From positions 8,099-72,098 of the forward strand of contig JAODND010000034.1 in assembly GCA_025465465.1 (NCBI GenBank): DNA of 64,000 bases. The letters are read 5' to 3'. Below, piece after piece: positions 26,676 to 35,361 of this stretch. A program made the position numbers and the translations under genes. This DNA comes from Frankiales bacterium (GTDB taxonomy: Bacteria; Actinomycetota; Actinomycetes; Mycobacteriales; SCTD01). The notes beneath the pieces are model-generated. The model did no database searches. It saw only the letters and a program-made list of their open reading frames with translations, and was not told the origin of the DNA. Position 1 is the stretch's first letter; every line of letters starts with the position of its first letter.

Positions 26676-27355
26676 CCCGCGTCCTGGTCGTCGAAGACGA
26701 GGACTCGATCTCCGAGCCCCTCGCATACATGCTCCGCAAGGAGGGGTTCGAGGTGGCGATCGCCGACGACGGCCCCGCCGGCCTGGCCGCGTTCGACCGC
26801 GACGGTGCCGACCTCGTGCTGCTCGACCTGATGCTGCCCGGCCTGTCCGGGACGGAGGTCTGCCGCGAGCTGCGCACCCGCTCGGCCGTGCCGGTGATCA
26901 TGCTGACCGCCCGCGACAGCGAGGTGGACAAGGTGGTCGGTCTCGAGCTCGGCGCGGACGACTACGTCACCAAGCCCTTCAGCCACCGCGAGCTCGTGGC
27001 CCGGATCCGGGCCGTCCTGCGACGGCACAGCGGCACGGCGCCCGCCGAGGACGGCACCGCCCTTGAGGCCGGCCCGGTGCGGATGGACGTCGACCGGCAC
27101 CTGGTGACCGTCGCCGGTCAGGCCGTCCAGCTGCCGCTGAAGGAGTTCGACCTGCTCGAGCTGCTGCTGCGCAACGTCGGCCGGGTGCTCACCCGCGGCC
27201 AGCTCATCGACCGGGTCTGGGGCAGCGACTACGTCGGCGACACCAAGACCCTCGACGTCCACGTGAAGCGGCTGCGCGCCAAGATCGAGCCGGACCCGGC
27301 CAGTCCGAAGCACCTGCTGACCGTCCGGGGGCTGGGCTACAAGCTCGAGCGCTGA
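26672..27355 (+). CDS. regX3: OmpR/PhoB-family response regulator
   Basis: MTRVLVVEDEDSISEPLAYMLRKEGFEV...DLVLLDLMLPGLSGTEVC...ADDYVTKPF, and the winged-helix TVRGLGYKLE. Confidence 0.9.
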   Translation: MTRVLVVEDEDSISEPLAYMLRKEGFEVAIADDGPAGLAAFDRDGADLVLLDLMLPGLSGTEVCRELRTRSAVPVIMLTARDSEVDKVVGLELGADDYVTKPFSHRELVARIRAVLRRHSGTAPAEDGTALEAGPVRMDVDRHLVTVAGQAVQLPLKEFDLLELLLRNVGRVLTRGQLIDRVWGSDYVGDTKTLDVHVKRLRAKIEPDPASPKHLLTVRGLGYKLER

Positions 27356-27393
27356 GCAGGTGGCCGCGACATGAACGGGGCCTTTTGCCCGTC

Positions 27394-27437
27394 GTTCACC
27401 TGCTGTCCACCTTGGTCGCCCTCCTGCTTCACCGTGC
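27394..27437 (+). promoter_or_regulatory. candidate PHO box upstream of pstS (four 11-nt direct-repeat units)
   Basis: GTTCACCtgct GTCCACCttgg TCGCCCTcctg CTTCACCgtgc, with cores at 27394, 27405, (27416) and 27427, exactly 11 nt apart. The array lies 50-95 nt upstream of the pstS GTG (27488). Confidence 0.65.
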
Positions 27438-27487
27438 CCGCCTAGACAGGTCCACGACAGACCAACCGATCTCTCGGAGGACCTCGC

Positions 27488-28582
27488 GTGAAGGTCATGC
27501 GCACCGGCCAGCTGGCCGGACTGACGCTCGTCGGGGCGCTCGCCCTGACCGCGTGCAGCGGCAACAACACCCCGACGACCAACCCCTCGGCGAGCGGCAC
27601 CGGCACGGCCGGTTGCGCCACCGGGTCGCTGTCGGGCCAGGGCTCGACGTTCCAGGCGAACGCCGAGCTCCAGTGGGCCAAGGACTACGCCGCGAAGTGC
27701 GCTGGCGCCTCGGTCACCTACGAGGGCACCGGCTCCGGCGCGGGCAAGACCGCGTTCGGCAACGGCACCGCCGAGTTCGGCGGCACCGACTCGCTCCCCA
27801 AGCCCGAGGAGCAGGCCGCCGCCGACAAGCGCTGCGGCACGGGCAACAAGGGCATCGTGACCCCGATCGTCGCGGGCGCTGTCGTCCTCACCTACCACCT
27901 CGACGGCGTGGCCAAGCTCACCCTGTCGGCCACGACCGTCGCCAAGATCTTCGAGGGCACCATCACGAAGTGGGACGACCCCGCCATCAAGGCCGACAAC
28001 GCCGGTGCGACGCTGCCCAGCACGACCATCGTCACGGTGCACCGCAACGACAAGTCGGGCACCACGAACATCTTCTCCAGCTGGCTGGACAAGAACGACC
28101 CGGCCGACTGGAAGCTCGGCGCGGCGGAGACGCTGACCTGGCCCGGCGGCCAGAGCGCCAAGGGCTCGGACGGCGTGACCGGCGCGGTCGCCGGCGCCAA
28201 GGGCGGCATCACCTACACCGAGCTGTCCTTCGCCAAGGCCCAGAACCTCCCGGTCGCCGACATCAAGAATGCCGCCGGCACGACGGTGACCCCCAACGCC
28301 ACCAGCGTGTCGGCCGCGCTCGGCACCGCCACGGTCGACACCAGCAAGGGCGACATCCGCATCACGCCCGACTACGCGACCAAGACCAGCGCCGCCTACC
28401 CGCTCGCCGCACCGTCCTACGTTCTCACCTGCGACAAGGGCAACAAGAGCGCGGCACTGCTCAAGGGCTACCTCACCTACGCTCTGACCGACGGTACGGC
28501 GGTGCTGGACGGACTCGGCTACGCACCGCTGCCGGACGCCATCGCCACCCAGGCGAAGACCCAGGTGGCCACACTCTCCTGA
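27488..28582 (+). CDS. pstS: phosphate ABC transporter substrate-binding lipoprotein
   Basis: Lipobox ALALTACSG. GSTFQ...YEGTGSGAGKTAF...DKSGTTNIF are PstS motifs. Confidence 0.95.
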   Translation: MKVMRTGQLAGLTLVGALALTACSGNNTPTTNPSASGTGTAGCATGSLSGQGSTFQANAELQWAKDYAAKCAGASVTYEGTGSGAGKTAFGNGTAEFGGTDSLPKPEEQAAADKRCGTGNKGIVTPIVAGAVVLTYHLDGVAKLTLSATTVAKIFEGTITKWDDPAIKADNAGATLPSTTIVTVHRNDKSGTTNIFSSWLDKNDPADWKLGAAETLTWPGGQSAKGSDGVTGAVAGAKGGITYTELSFAKAQNLPVADIKNAAGTTVTPNATSVSAALGTATVDTSKGDIRITPDYATKTSAAYPLAAPSYVLTCDKGNKSAALLKGYLTYALTDGTAVLDGLGYAPLPDAIATQAKTQVATLS

Positions 28583-28598
28583 TGACAGCCAGCACCTC

Positions 28599-29588
28599 AT
28601 GACAGCGAGCACCGAGAGGCCGCCGCCGGACCTGTCCGGCGGCGGCCTCGGCGCGACCCGGCGCGTCGGCGACCGGGTCTTCGCCGCGCTCACGACCGGC
28701 GCGGGCGTGCTCGTCCTGGCGCTGATCGTGGCGATCGGCGCCTTCCTGCTCACCAAGGCCATCCCGGCCGTGCAGAAGGACTCCACGAACTTCTTCACGA
28801 CCAAGCTGTGGCAACCCGACAACGACCCCTCCGTCTTCGGGATCGCGGCCCTGGTCTTCGGGACCCTGCTCTCGAGCATCATCGCGCTGGTCGTCGCCGG
28901 CCCCATCGCGATCGGCATCGCGCTCTACATCTCCGACTACGCCCCGCGCCGGCTCGCGACACCCATCGGCTACCTCGTCGACCTGCTCGCGGCGGTTCCG
29001 TCGGTCGTCTACGGGCTGTGGGGTCTGCTGTTCCTCGCGCCGCACTCGGACAAGTTCCAGCAGTTCCTCAGCGACCACTTCGGGTTCATCCCGCTGTTCG
29101 ATCTCGGGAAGAACGGCGTCGTCGGCCGCAGCATGATGATCGCCAGCCTCGTGCTCGCGATCATGATCCTGCCGATCGTCGCCGCGATCAGTCGCGAGAT
29201 CTTCCTGCAGGTGCCCCAGGCCAACCGCGAGGCGGCCCTCGCCCTGGGCGCCACGAAGCTCGAGATGATCCGGCTGGCCGTGCTGCCCTACAGCAAGTCC
29301 GGCGTCGTCGGTGCCCTCATGCTCGGCCTCGGCCGGGCCCTGGGCGAGACCATCGCCGTCGCACTCGTGCTGTCGCTGTCCTACAGCACCTCGTTCCACA
29401 TCATCGACGCCAACGTGGGCGGCAACACGATCGCCGCCAACATCGCCTCCCAGTACCAAGCGGCCGAACCGCTCGGACAGCGGGCGCTGATCGCCTCGGG
29501 GCTCGTGCTGTTCGTCATCACCTTTGCGGTGAACGCCCTCGCGCGCTACGTCGTGACGCGCAGCGGCAAGCGGGCGGCAGCGGTATGA
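28599..29588 (+). CDS. pstC: phosphate ABC transporter permease
   Basis: 329 aa, multi-TM, with the EAA-like loop EAALALGATKLEMIRLAVLPYSKSG. Confidence 0.93.
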   Translation: MTASTERPPPDLSGGGLGATRRVGDRVFAALTTGAGVLVLALIVAIGAFLLTKAIPAVQKDSTNFFTTKLWQPDNDPSVFGIAALVFGTLLSSIIALVVAGPIAIGIALYISDYAPRRLATPIGYLVDLLAAVPSVVYGLWGLLFLAPHSDKFQQFLSDHFGFIPLFDLGKNGVVGRSMMIASLVLAIMILPIVAAISREIFLQVPQANREAALALGATKLEMIRLAVLPYSKSGVVGALMLGLGRALGETIAVALVLSLSYSTSFHIIDANVGGNTIAANIASQYQAAEPLGQRALIASGLVLFVITFAVNALARYVVTRSGKRAAAV

Positions 29589-30643
29589 GCGCGCCCAGCC
29601 TGCTCGACCAGCTGCCCGGACTCGGCGACCAGGCGCGCCGGCTGCACGCGCCGGTCCGGCTCGCGCTGTTGGCCCTCACCGTCCTGGTCAGCCTGCTGCT
29701 CTTCGCCAGCACGCCGCTGCAGGGCCGGGTCGACTTCGTCGTCTTCGTCGTCATCGCCTTCGCCCTCGTCCAGACCGGCGTGAGCTTCGCCCTCGAGGGC
29801 CGCCGACACGCCCTCGACCGACTCGTCAGCCTGCTCGTCCACCTGGCGCTGCTCGCCGCGGTCGTCCCTCTCGTCTCGGTGCTGAGCTACACCGTGTACA
29901 AGGGACTGAAGAAGCTGGACGGGCAGTTCCTCACGCACAACCTCACGGGGCTCGGACCGCTCGACACCAACGGCGGCGAGTACCACGCCATCATCGGCAC
30001 GCTCGAGCAGGTCCTCATGGCGACCGCCATCGCCGTCCCCCTCGGGTTGCTGGTCGCGATCTACATCACCGAGTACGGCAAGGGCTGGCTCGCCGCCGCA
30101 GTCCGGTTCGTCATCGACGTCATGACCGGCATCCCGTCGATCGTGGCCGGCCTGTTCGTCTTCGCGTTCTGGGTCATCGGCCTGCACCGCGGCTACAGCG
30201 GGCTCGCGGCCGCCTTCTCACTGACCATCCTCATGCTGCCGGTCGTCGTCCGGTCGTCGGAGGAGATGATCAAGCTCGTGCCGGCCGAGCTGCGCGAGGC
30301 GTCCTATGCCCTCGGGCTGCCGAAGTGGAAGACGATCCTGCGCATCGTGCTGCCCACGGCGAGCGCGGGCATCACGACCGGCACGATGCTCGCGGTCGCG
30401 CGGGTGACCGGTGAGACGGCCCCGCTGCTGCTGACGTCCTTCATCACGCCCGCGACCAACACCTCGCCCATCGCCGGCAAGCAGACCGCCATCCCCACGT
30501 TCATCTTCAGCCAGATCGGGCTGGGCCGGCCGGCCAACTACGACCGCGCGTGGGCCGCCGCCCTGACGCTGATCATCATTGTCCTCGTCCTCTACATCAG
30601 CGCGCGGCTCCTCACCCGGCGCAACACCCTCACCCGGAGGTAG
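29585..30643 (+). CDS. pstA: phosphate ABC transporter permease
   Basis: ATG 29585 overlaps the pstC stop (ATGA). [25 protein letters not shown]. Confidence 0.93.
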   Translation: MSAPSLLDQLPGLGDQARRLHAPVRLALLALTVLVSLLLFASTPLQGRVDFVVFVVIAFALVQTGVSFALEGRRHALDRLVSLLVHLALLAAVVPLVSVLSYTVYKGLKKLDGQFLTHNLTGLGPLDTNGGEYHAIIGTLEQVLMATAIAVPLGLLVAIYITEYGKGWLAAAVRFVIDVMTGIPSIVAGLFVFAFWVIGLHRGYSGLAAAFSLTILMLPVVVRSSEEMIKLVPAELREASYALGLPKWKTILRIVLPTASAGITTGTMLAVARVTGETAPLLLTSFITPATNTSPIAGKQTAIPTFIFSQIGLGRPANYDRAWAAALTLIIIVLVLYISARLLTRRNTLTRR

Positions 30644-30645
30644 TC

Positions 30646-31422
30646 GTGTCCAAGCGCATCGTGGCCGAGGACGTGAACGCGTTCTACGGCAGCTTCCGAG
30701 CCATCGCCGGCGTCTCGCTCACCATCGAGCCCAACACCGTGACGGCGCTGATCGGCCCGTCCGGCTGTGGCAAGTCGACGTTCCTCCGCACCATCAACCG
30801 GCTGCACGAGGTCATCCCGGGCGCCCGCGTCGAGGGCAAGGTGATGCTCGACTCCGAGGACCTCTACGGCGCCGGGGTCGACGCGGTCGCCGTACGACGG
30901 ACGATCGGCATGGTGTTCCAGCGCCCGAACCCGTTCCCGACCATGTCCATCTACGACAACGTCGCGGCAGGCCTGCGGCTCAACGGCATCAAGAACAGCA
31001 AGGTCCTCGACGAAGCTGTCGAGCGGTCGCTGCGCGGCGCCAACCTGTGGAACGAGGTGAAGGAACGGCTCGCCAAGCCAGGTGCCGGCCTGTCGGGCGG
31101 CCAGCAGCAGCGACTCTGCATCGCGCGTGCCATCGCGGTCGAGCCGCAGGTGCTGCTCATGGACGAGCCGTGCTCGGCACTCGACCCGATCTCGACGCTC
31201 GCCATCGAGGACCTCATGACCGACCTCAAGCAGCGCTACACGATCGTCATCGTCACGCACAACATGCAACAGGCGGCGCGCGTCAGCGACCGCACCGGCT
31301 TCTTCTCCCTCGAGGCCACCGGCGAGCCGGGCCGCCTCATCGAGATCGACACGACCGAGAAGATCTTCAGCAATCCCTCGGAGAAGCGGACCGAGGACTA
31401 CATCACCGGACGATTCGGCTAA
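30646..31422 (+). CDS. pstB: phosphate ABC transporter ATP-binding protein
   Basis: GTG 30646. Walker [10 protein letters not shown], signature LSGGQQQRL, Walker B LLMDEP. Confidence 0.97.
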   Translation: MSKRIVAEDVNAFYGSFRAIAGVSLTIEPNTVTALIGPSGCGKSTFLRTINRLHEVIPGARVEGKVMLDSEDLYGAGVDAVAVRRTIGMVFQRPNPFPTMSIYDNVAAGLRLNGIKNSKVLDEAVERSLRGANLWNEVKERLAKPGAGLSGGQQQRLCIARAIAVEPQVLLMDEPCSALDPISTLAIEDLMTDLKQRYTIVIVTHNMQQAARVSDRTGFFSLEATGEPGRLIEIDTTEKIFSNPSEKRTEDYITGRFG

Positions 31423-31433
31423 GGGGCCAACAG

Positions 31434-32099
31434 ATGCGCACCAGCTACCACGAGCAGCTCGCCGGGGTCGGGGACGGCCTCATCGAGATGAGCCGGCTCG
31501 TCGGCTCAGCCGTCAGCAAGGCCACCACGGCACTCCTCGACGCCGACCTCGACGCCGCCGAGGCGGTGATCGTCGCGGACGAGGAGGTCAACAAGCTCTA
31601 TCGCCAGCTCGACGACGAGGCGGTCCAGCTGCTGGCCCGGCAGCAGCCCGTCGCCACCGATCTGCGCGCCATCGTGACCGCGCTGCGGATGAGCTCCGAT
31701 CTCGAGCGCGTGGGTGACTACGCCGTGCACATCGCCAAGGTCGCGCGGCGTCGGCATCCGGCCACCGTCGTGCCGGTGGAGCTGCGGGCCACCATCCTCG
31801 AGATGGGCCAGGCCGCCACCCGCATCGCCGTCAAGGCCGGCACCGTCATCGCGACCCGCGACCTCGCGCTCGCCGCCCAGCTGCTCGCCGACGACGACAC
31901 CATCGACGACCTGCACGCCAGCCTGTTCGCGACGCTGCTCGACGGCAACTGGGACCACGGCGTCGAGGCCGCCATCGACGTGGCCCTCCTCGGCCGCTAC
32001 TACGAGCGCCTCGCCGACCACGCCGTGTCGGTCAGCCACGCCGTCACCTACCTGGTCACCGGCGAGCACAGCGACCCGGAGTCCTACGCCAGCGAGTAG
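31434..32099 (+). CDS. phoU: phosphate signalling complex protein PhoU
   Basis: ATG 31434. Two PhoU repeats (DLRAIVTALRMSSDLERVGDYAVHIAK; LLGRYYERLADHAVSV). Confidence 0.93.
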   Translation: MRTSYHEQLAGVGDGLIEMSRLVGSAVSKATTALLDADLDAAEAVIVADEEVNKLYRQLDDEAVQLLARQQPVATDLRAIVTALRMSSDLERVGDYAVHIAKVARRRHPATVVPVELRATILEMGQAATRIAVKAGTVIATRDLALAAQLLADDDTIDDLHASLFATLLDGNWDHGVEAAIDVALLGRYYERLADHAVSVSHAVTYLVTGEHSDPESYASE

Positions 32100-32223
32100 C
32101 CCCTGCGCACCTTCCCGCGCCGGTCCGGGAGATCAACAGGGCCTCGTACGGCGGGCTCGCCGGCGGGTCGCGCGTGCGAACCTCTGTTGATCACGGGAGG
32201 GGAGCGGGCGGAGACTGCGGGGC

Positions 32224-33309
32224 ATGACGCTCGCACCTGCTCGGCCCGCCGACCTCGACCCGCACGCGCTGGCGACCGCGGTCGCCGACACCCGCCGCGC
32301 GGGGTCGCTCACCTTCCTGGTCGGCAACGACGTCCTGACCTACCGCGCCGACGGCGGCACCGTCACCGAGACCGCCGAGCCCGGCGCGTGGCAGGACCTG
32401 GTCGCGCAGCTGCGGACCCCGATCAACCTGCTGCTGAGCAACGCGCTGGTGTTCGAGCGCGGCGGGTTCGACCAGCTCGCGGCGTGGGACCGGGTGCTCC
32501 GCTACCTGCACGCCGGCTTCCCCCCGTACACCGCACCCGACCTGCAGGGGCGCGACCCGGGAGCGACGCTGACGCCAGAAGATGACGACGACGAGCTGCG
32601 GGCCCAGCTGGAGACCATGGGCTACCTGCACGTGCGGGGCCTGTTCAGCGCGGAAGAGATGGCCGCCGCGAACGCCGCCGTCGACGAGCTCGCGGCGCAG
32701 GCGAGCAAGGGCGACGACGAGAGCTGGTGGGTCGGCACCGACGACGGCGACCAGCTCTGCCGGCTCGTCTACAGCACGTTGCGGTCGGAGGCGCTGCGGC
32801 GGCTCGAGCAGGACCCACGGCTCGCTCGGCTCGGGCGGCTCCTCGACCCCGACGCGATCGTCACCCCGGACCGGATGGAGGGCAGCGCGGTCCTCATCAA
32901 GGTGCCGGGGCAGACGCAGGGACTGTCCAACATCCCGTGGCACCAGGACTGCGGCATGGGCGGACACGCGATCCTCTGCCCCGCGGTGAGCATCGGCATC
33001 CAGCTGACCGGGTCGACCGCCGGCAGCGGCAACCTGCTGATGGTGCCGGGCAGCCATGGCCAGACGCTGCCCTACCAGTGGCACAGCCGCAGCGACGTGC
33101 CTGTCGTCGAGATCGACACCGCTCCCGGGGACGTCACCGTCCACGTGCAGGACGTGATGCACGCATCTCCGAAGCCCACCGGAGCGGGTGGTCGCCGGAC
33201 GATGTATGTGACGTTCTACCCGCGGACCCTGCTCGACCATGTCGGTCCGGGTCAGGCGTTCAACGACCTGGTTCGCAACCGGACGGCTGAGGTCGCCACG
33301 CTCGTCTGA
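32224..33309 (+). CDS. phytanoyl-CoA dioxygenase (PhyH) family Fe(II)/2-oxoglutarate oxygenase with ~120-aa N-terminal extension
   Basis: LETMGYLHVRGLFSAEE... The candidate 2-His-1-carboxylate facial triad is IPWHQDCG (HxD) plus a distal His (VHVQDVMHAS). Confidence 0.7.
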   Translation: MTLAPARPADLDPHALATAVADTRRAGSLTFLVGNDVLTYRADGGTVTETAEPGAWQDLVAQLRTPINLLLSNALVFERGGFDQLAAWDRVLRYLHAGFPPYTAPDLQGRDPGATLTPEDDDDELRAQLETMGYLHVRGLFSAEEMAAANAAVDELAAQASKGDDESWWVGTDDGDQLCRLVYSTLRSEALRRLEQDPRLARLGRLLDPDAIVTPDRMEGSAVLIKVPGQTQGLSNIPWHQDCGMGGHAILCPAVSIGIQLTGSTAGSGNLLMVPGSHGQTLPYQWHSRSDVPVVEIDTAPGDVTVHVQDVMHASPKPTGAGGRRTMYVTFYPRTLLDHVGPGQAFNDLVRNRTAEVATLV

Positions 33310-33326
33310 ACACCAGGCGAACGTCA
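33305..33326. promoter_or_regulatory. weak candidate PHO-box pair upstream of DUF47-pit
   Basis: TCTGAACacca GGCGAACgtca, with cores 11 nt apart (33305, 33316). The orientation matches the senX3 array. It lies 30-50 nt upstream of GTG 33356. Confidence 0.35.
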
Positions 33327-33355
33327 CATGGACGCCCTGGCCTAGCCTGGGCCGC

Positions 33356-33973
33356 GTGCGCCTGCGACTGACACCCCGCGACACCTCCTTCTACGACCAC
33401 TTCACCGCCGCCGCGAGCAACCTCGTGCTGGGGGCCGATCTCCTCGCCGAGCTGCTGGCGCCGGGGGCGGACCGGCCGGTGCTGGCGAAGCGCCTGAGGG
33501 ACATCGAGCACGACAGCGACGAGATCACGCACACCGTGATGCGTCAGCTCAACTCCACGTTCGTCACGCCGTTCGACCGCGAGGACATCTATCGCCTGGC
33601 CAACCGGCTCGACGACGTCATGGACTTCATGGAGGCCGCGGCCGATCTGGTCGTCCTCTACGAGCTCGGTGAGCTGCCGCCGGAGAACCTCCGCGTCGTC
33701 GAGGTGCTGCAGCGCGCGGCGGCGATGACGGCCGAGGCGATGCCGCGGCTGAAGGACATGAAGAACCTCGAGGAGTACTGGATCGAGGTCAACCGCCTGG
33801 AGAACGAGGCGGACCAGATCTACCGGCGCACGGTCGCCAGGCTCTTCAGCGGCGAGTACGACGCGCTGACGGCACTCAAGCTCAAGGACGTGGCCGACGA
33901 GCTCGAGCTCGCCGCCGACGCTCTCGAGGACGTCGCGGACGCGGTCGAGACCATCACCGTCAAGGAGTCCTAG
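33356..33973 (+). CDS. DUF47 family protein (PhoU-like Pit accessory protein)
   Basis: From GTG 33356: VRLRLTPRDTSFYDHFTAAASNLV...IEHDSDEITHTVMRQLNSTFVTPFDREDIYRLANRLDDVMD...NRLENEADQIYR is canonical DUF47. It sits immediately upstream of pit. Confidence 0.85.
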   Translation: MRLRLTPRDTSFYDHFTAAASNLVLGADLLAELLAPGADRPVLAKRLRDIEHDSDEITHTVMRQLNSTFVTPFDREDIYRLANRLDDVMDFMEAAADLVVLYELGELPPENLRVVEVLQRAAAMTAEAMPRLKDMKNLEEYWIEVNRLENEADQIYRRTVARLFSGEYDALTALKLKDVADELELAADALEDVADAVETITVKES

Positions 33974-33977
33974 TCCG

Positions 33978-34985
33978 TTGTCCGGGATGGACCTGGGACT
34001 CGTCGCGATCGTCGTCGTCGCACTGGCCTTCGACTTCACCAACGGCTTCCACGATGCCGCCAACGCCATCGCCACAGCGGTGTCGACCAGGGCGCTGAGC
34101 CCGAGGGTGGCGCTCGCGCTCGCCGGTGTGGCCAACCTGGTCGGCGCGCTGCTGTCGACCGAGATCGCCAAGACGGTCGGCAAGGGCATCATCGACCCGA
34201 CGCTGCTCACCGGCACCGACGGTCTGGTCGTGGTGTTCTCCGCTCTGGTCGGGGCCATCACCTGGAACCTCATCACCTGGTACTTCGGCCTGCCCTCGTC
34301 CAGCAGCCATGCCCTCATCGGCGGCCTGGTCGGGTCGGCGCTGGCAGCGGGCGACGCCGTGCAGTGGCACGGCATCTACACCAAGGTCCTGAAGCCGATG
34401 GTGCTCTCCCCGCTGGTCGGCTTCGTGCTGGGCGCCATCCTCATGATCATCATTCTCTGGCTGGTACGACGGAGGAACCCACGCCGCGTCAACCGCGGGT
34501 TCCGCCACGCGCAGATCGTGAGCTCGACGGCGATGGCCTACGGCCACGGTGTCCAGGACGCCCAGAAGACCATGGGTGTCATCACCCTCGCGCTGATCGT
34601 CACCGGCAATCTCGGGGCGAACGCAGACATCCCGCTCTGGGTGATCCTGTCGGCTGCGACGGCGATCTCGCTCGGCACCTTCTCCGGCGGCGCGCGCATC
34701 ATGCGCACCCTCGGACGGCGGGTCATCAAGATGGACCCGGCCGCCGGGTTCGCGGCGCAGACGGTCGCCTCCAGCGTGCTGTTCACCACCGCGCACTACG
34801 GGCTGCCGGTGTCGACGACGCACGTCATCACCAGCTCGATCATGGGGGTCGGGGCCACCCGCAAGCTGTCCGCCGTCCGCTGGGGCGTGGCCGGCAACAT
34901 CGCCCTCGCCTGGGTGCTGACGATCCCGGCCGCCGGTCTCGTGGCCGCGCTGTTCTGCCTGCTCGGCCGCGCGATCTTCGGCTGA
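33978..34985 (+). CDS. pit: inorganic phosphate transporter, PiT family
   Basis: ALAFDFTNGFHDAANAIATAVSTRAL and a second GANDxxN-like half. About 10 TM. The start is TTG 33978 or ATG 33987. Confidence 0.93.
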   Translation: MSGMDLGLVAIVVVALAFDFTNGFHDAANAIATAVSTRALSPRVALALAGVANLVGALLSTEIAKTVGKGIIDPTLLTGTDGLVVVFSALVGAITWNLITWYFGLPSSSSHALIGGLVGSALAAGDAVQWHGIYTKVLKPMVLSPLVGFVLGAILMIIILWLVRRRNPRRVNRGFRHAQIVSSTAMAYGHGVQDAQKTMGVITLALIVTGNLGANADIPLWVILSAATAISLGTFSGGARIMRTLGRRVIKMDPAAGFAAQTVASSVLFTTAHYGLPVSTTHVITSSIMGVGATRKLSAVRWGVAGNIALAWVLTIPAAGLVAALFCLLGRAIFG

Positions 34986-35008
34986 CGGCGACGGGGTACA
35001 GCACTGTC

Positions 35009-35320
35009 ATGACCGAGACGCCGCCGCCCCCACCCCCCTCGACGGCCCGCGACGAGCCCGCGCTCCAGCGCACCCGCACGCAGGGCCTGTGGCTCGCAGC
35101 GGTGGGCTTCGCGCTGGTCCTGCTGCTGCTGGCGATCTTCCTGCTCCAGAACGGCCCGCGGGTCCAGGTCTCCTACCTGGGCGCCAACGGGCACCTGCCG
35201 CTGGCCCTCGCGATGCTGCTGTCGGCCGTGGCGGGCGCGCTGCTGGTGGGCATGGCGGGCATGGCACGGGTGCTGCAGCTGCGGCACAACGTCCGTCGGG
35301 AGCGCAAGGCTCGGGTCTGA
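35009..35320 (+). CDS. LapA-domain (DUF1049-like) small membrane protein
   Basis: ATG 35009. A Pro-rich N-terminus, two TM segments flanking NGPRVQVSYLG, and a basic tail. Confidence 0.55.
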   Translation: MTETPPPPPPSTARDEPALQRTRTQGLWLAAVGFALVLLLLAIFLLQNGPRVQVSYLGANGHLPLALAMLLSAVAGALLVGMAGMARVLQLRHNVRRERKARV

Positions 35321-35361
35321 GCTGCCGACAGCTGCTCTCGACGTGGCGGCGTCGGGTTCGC

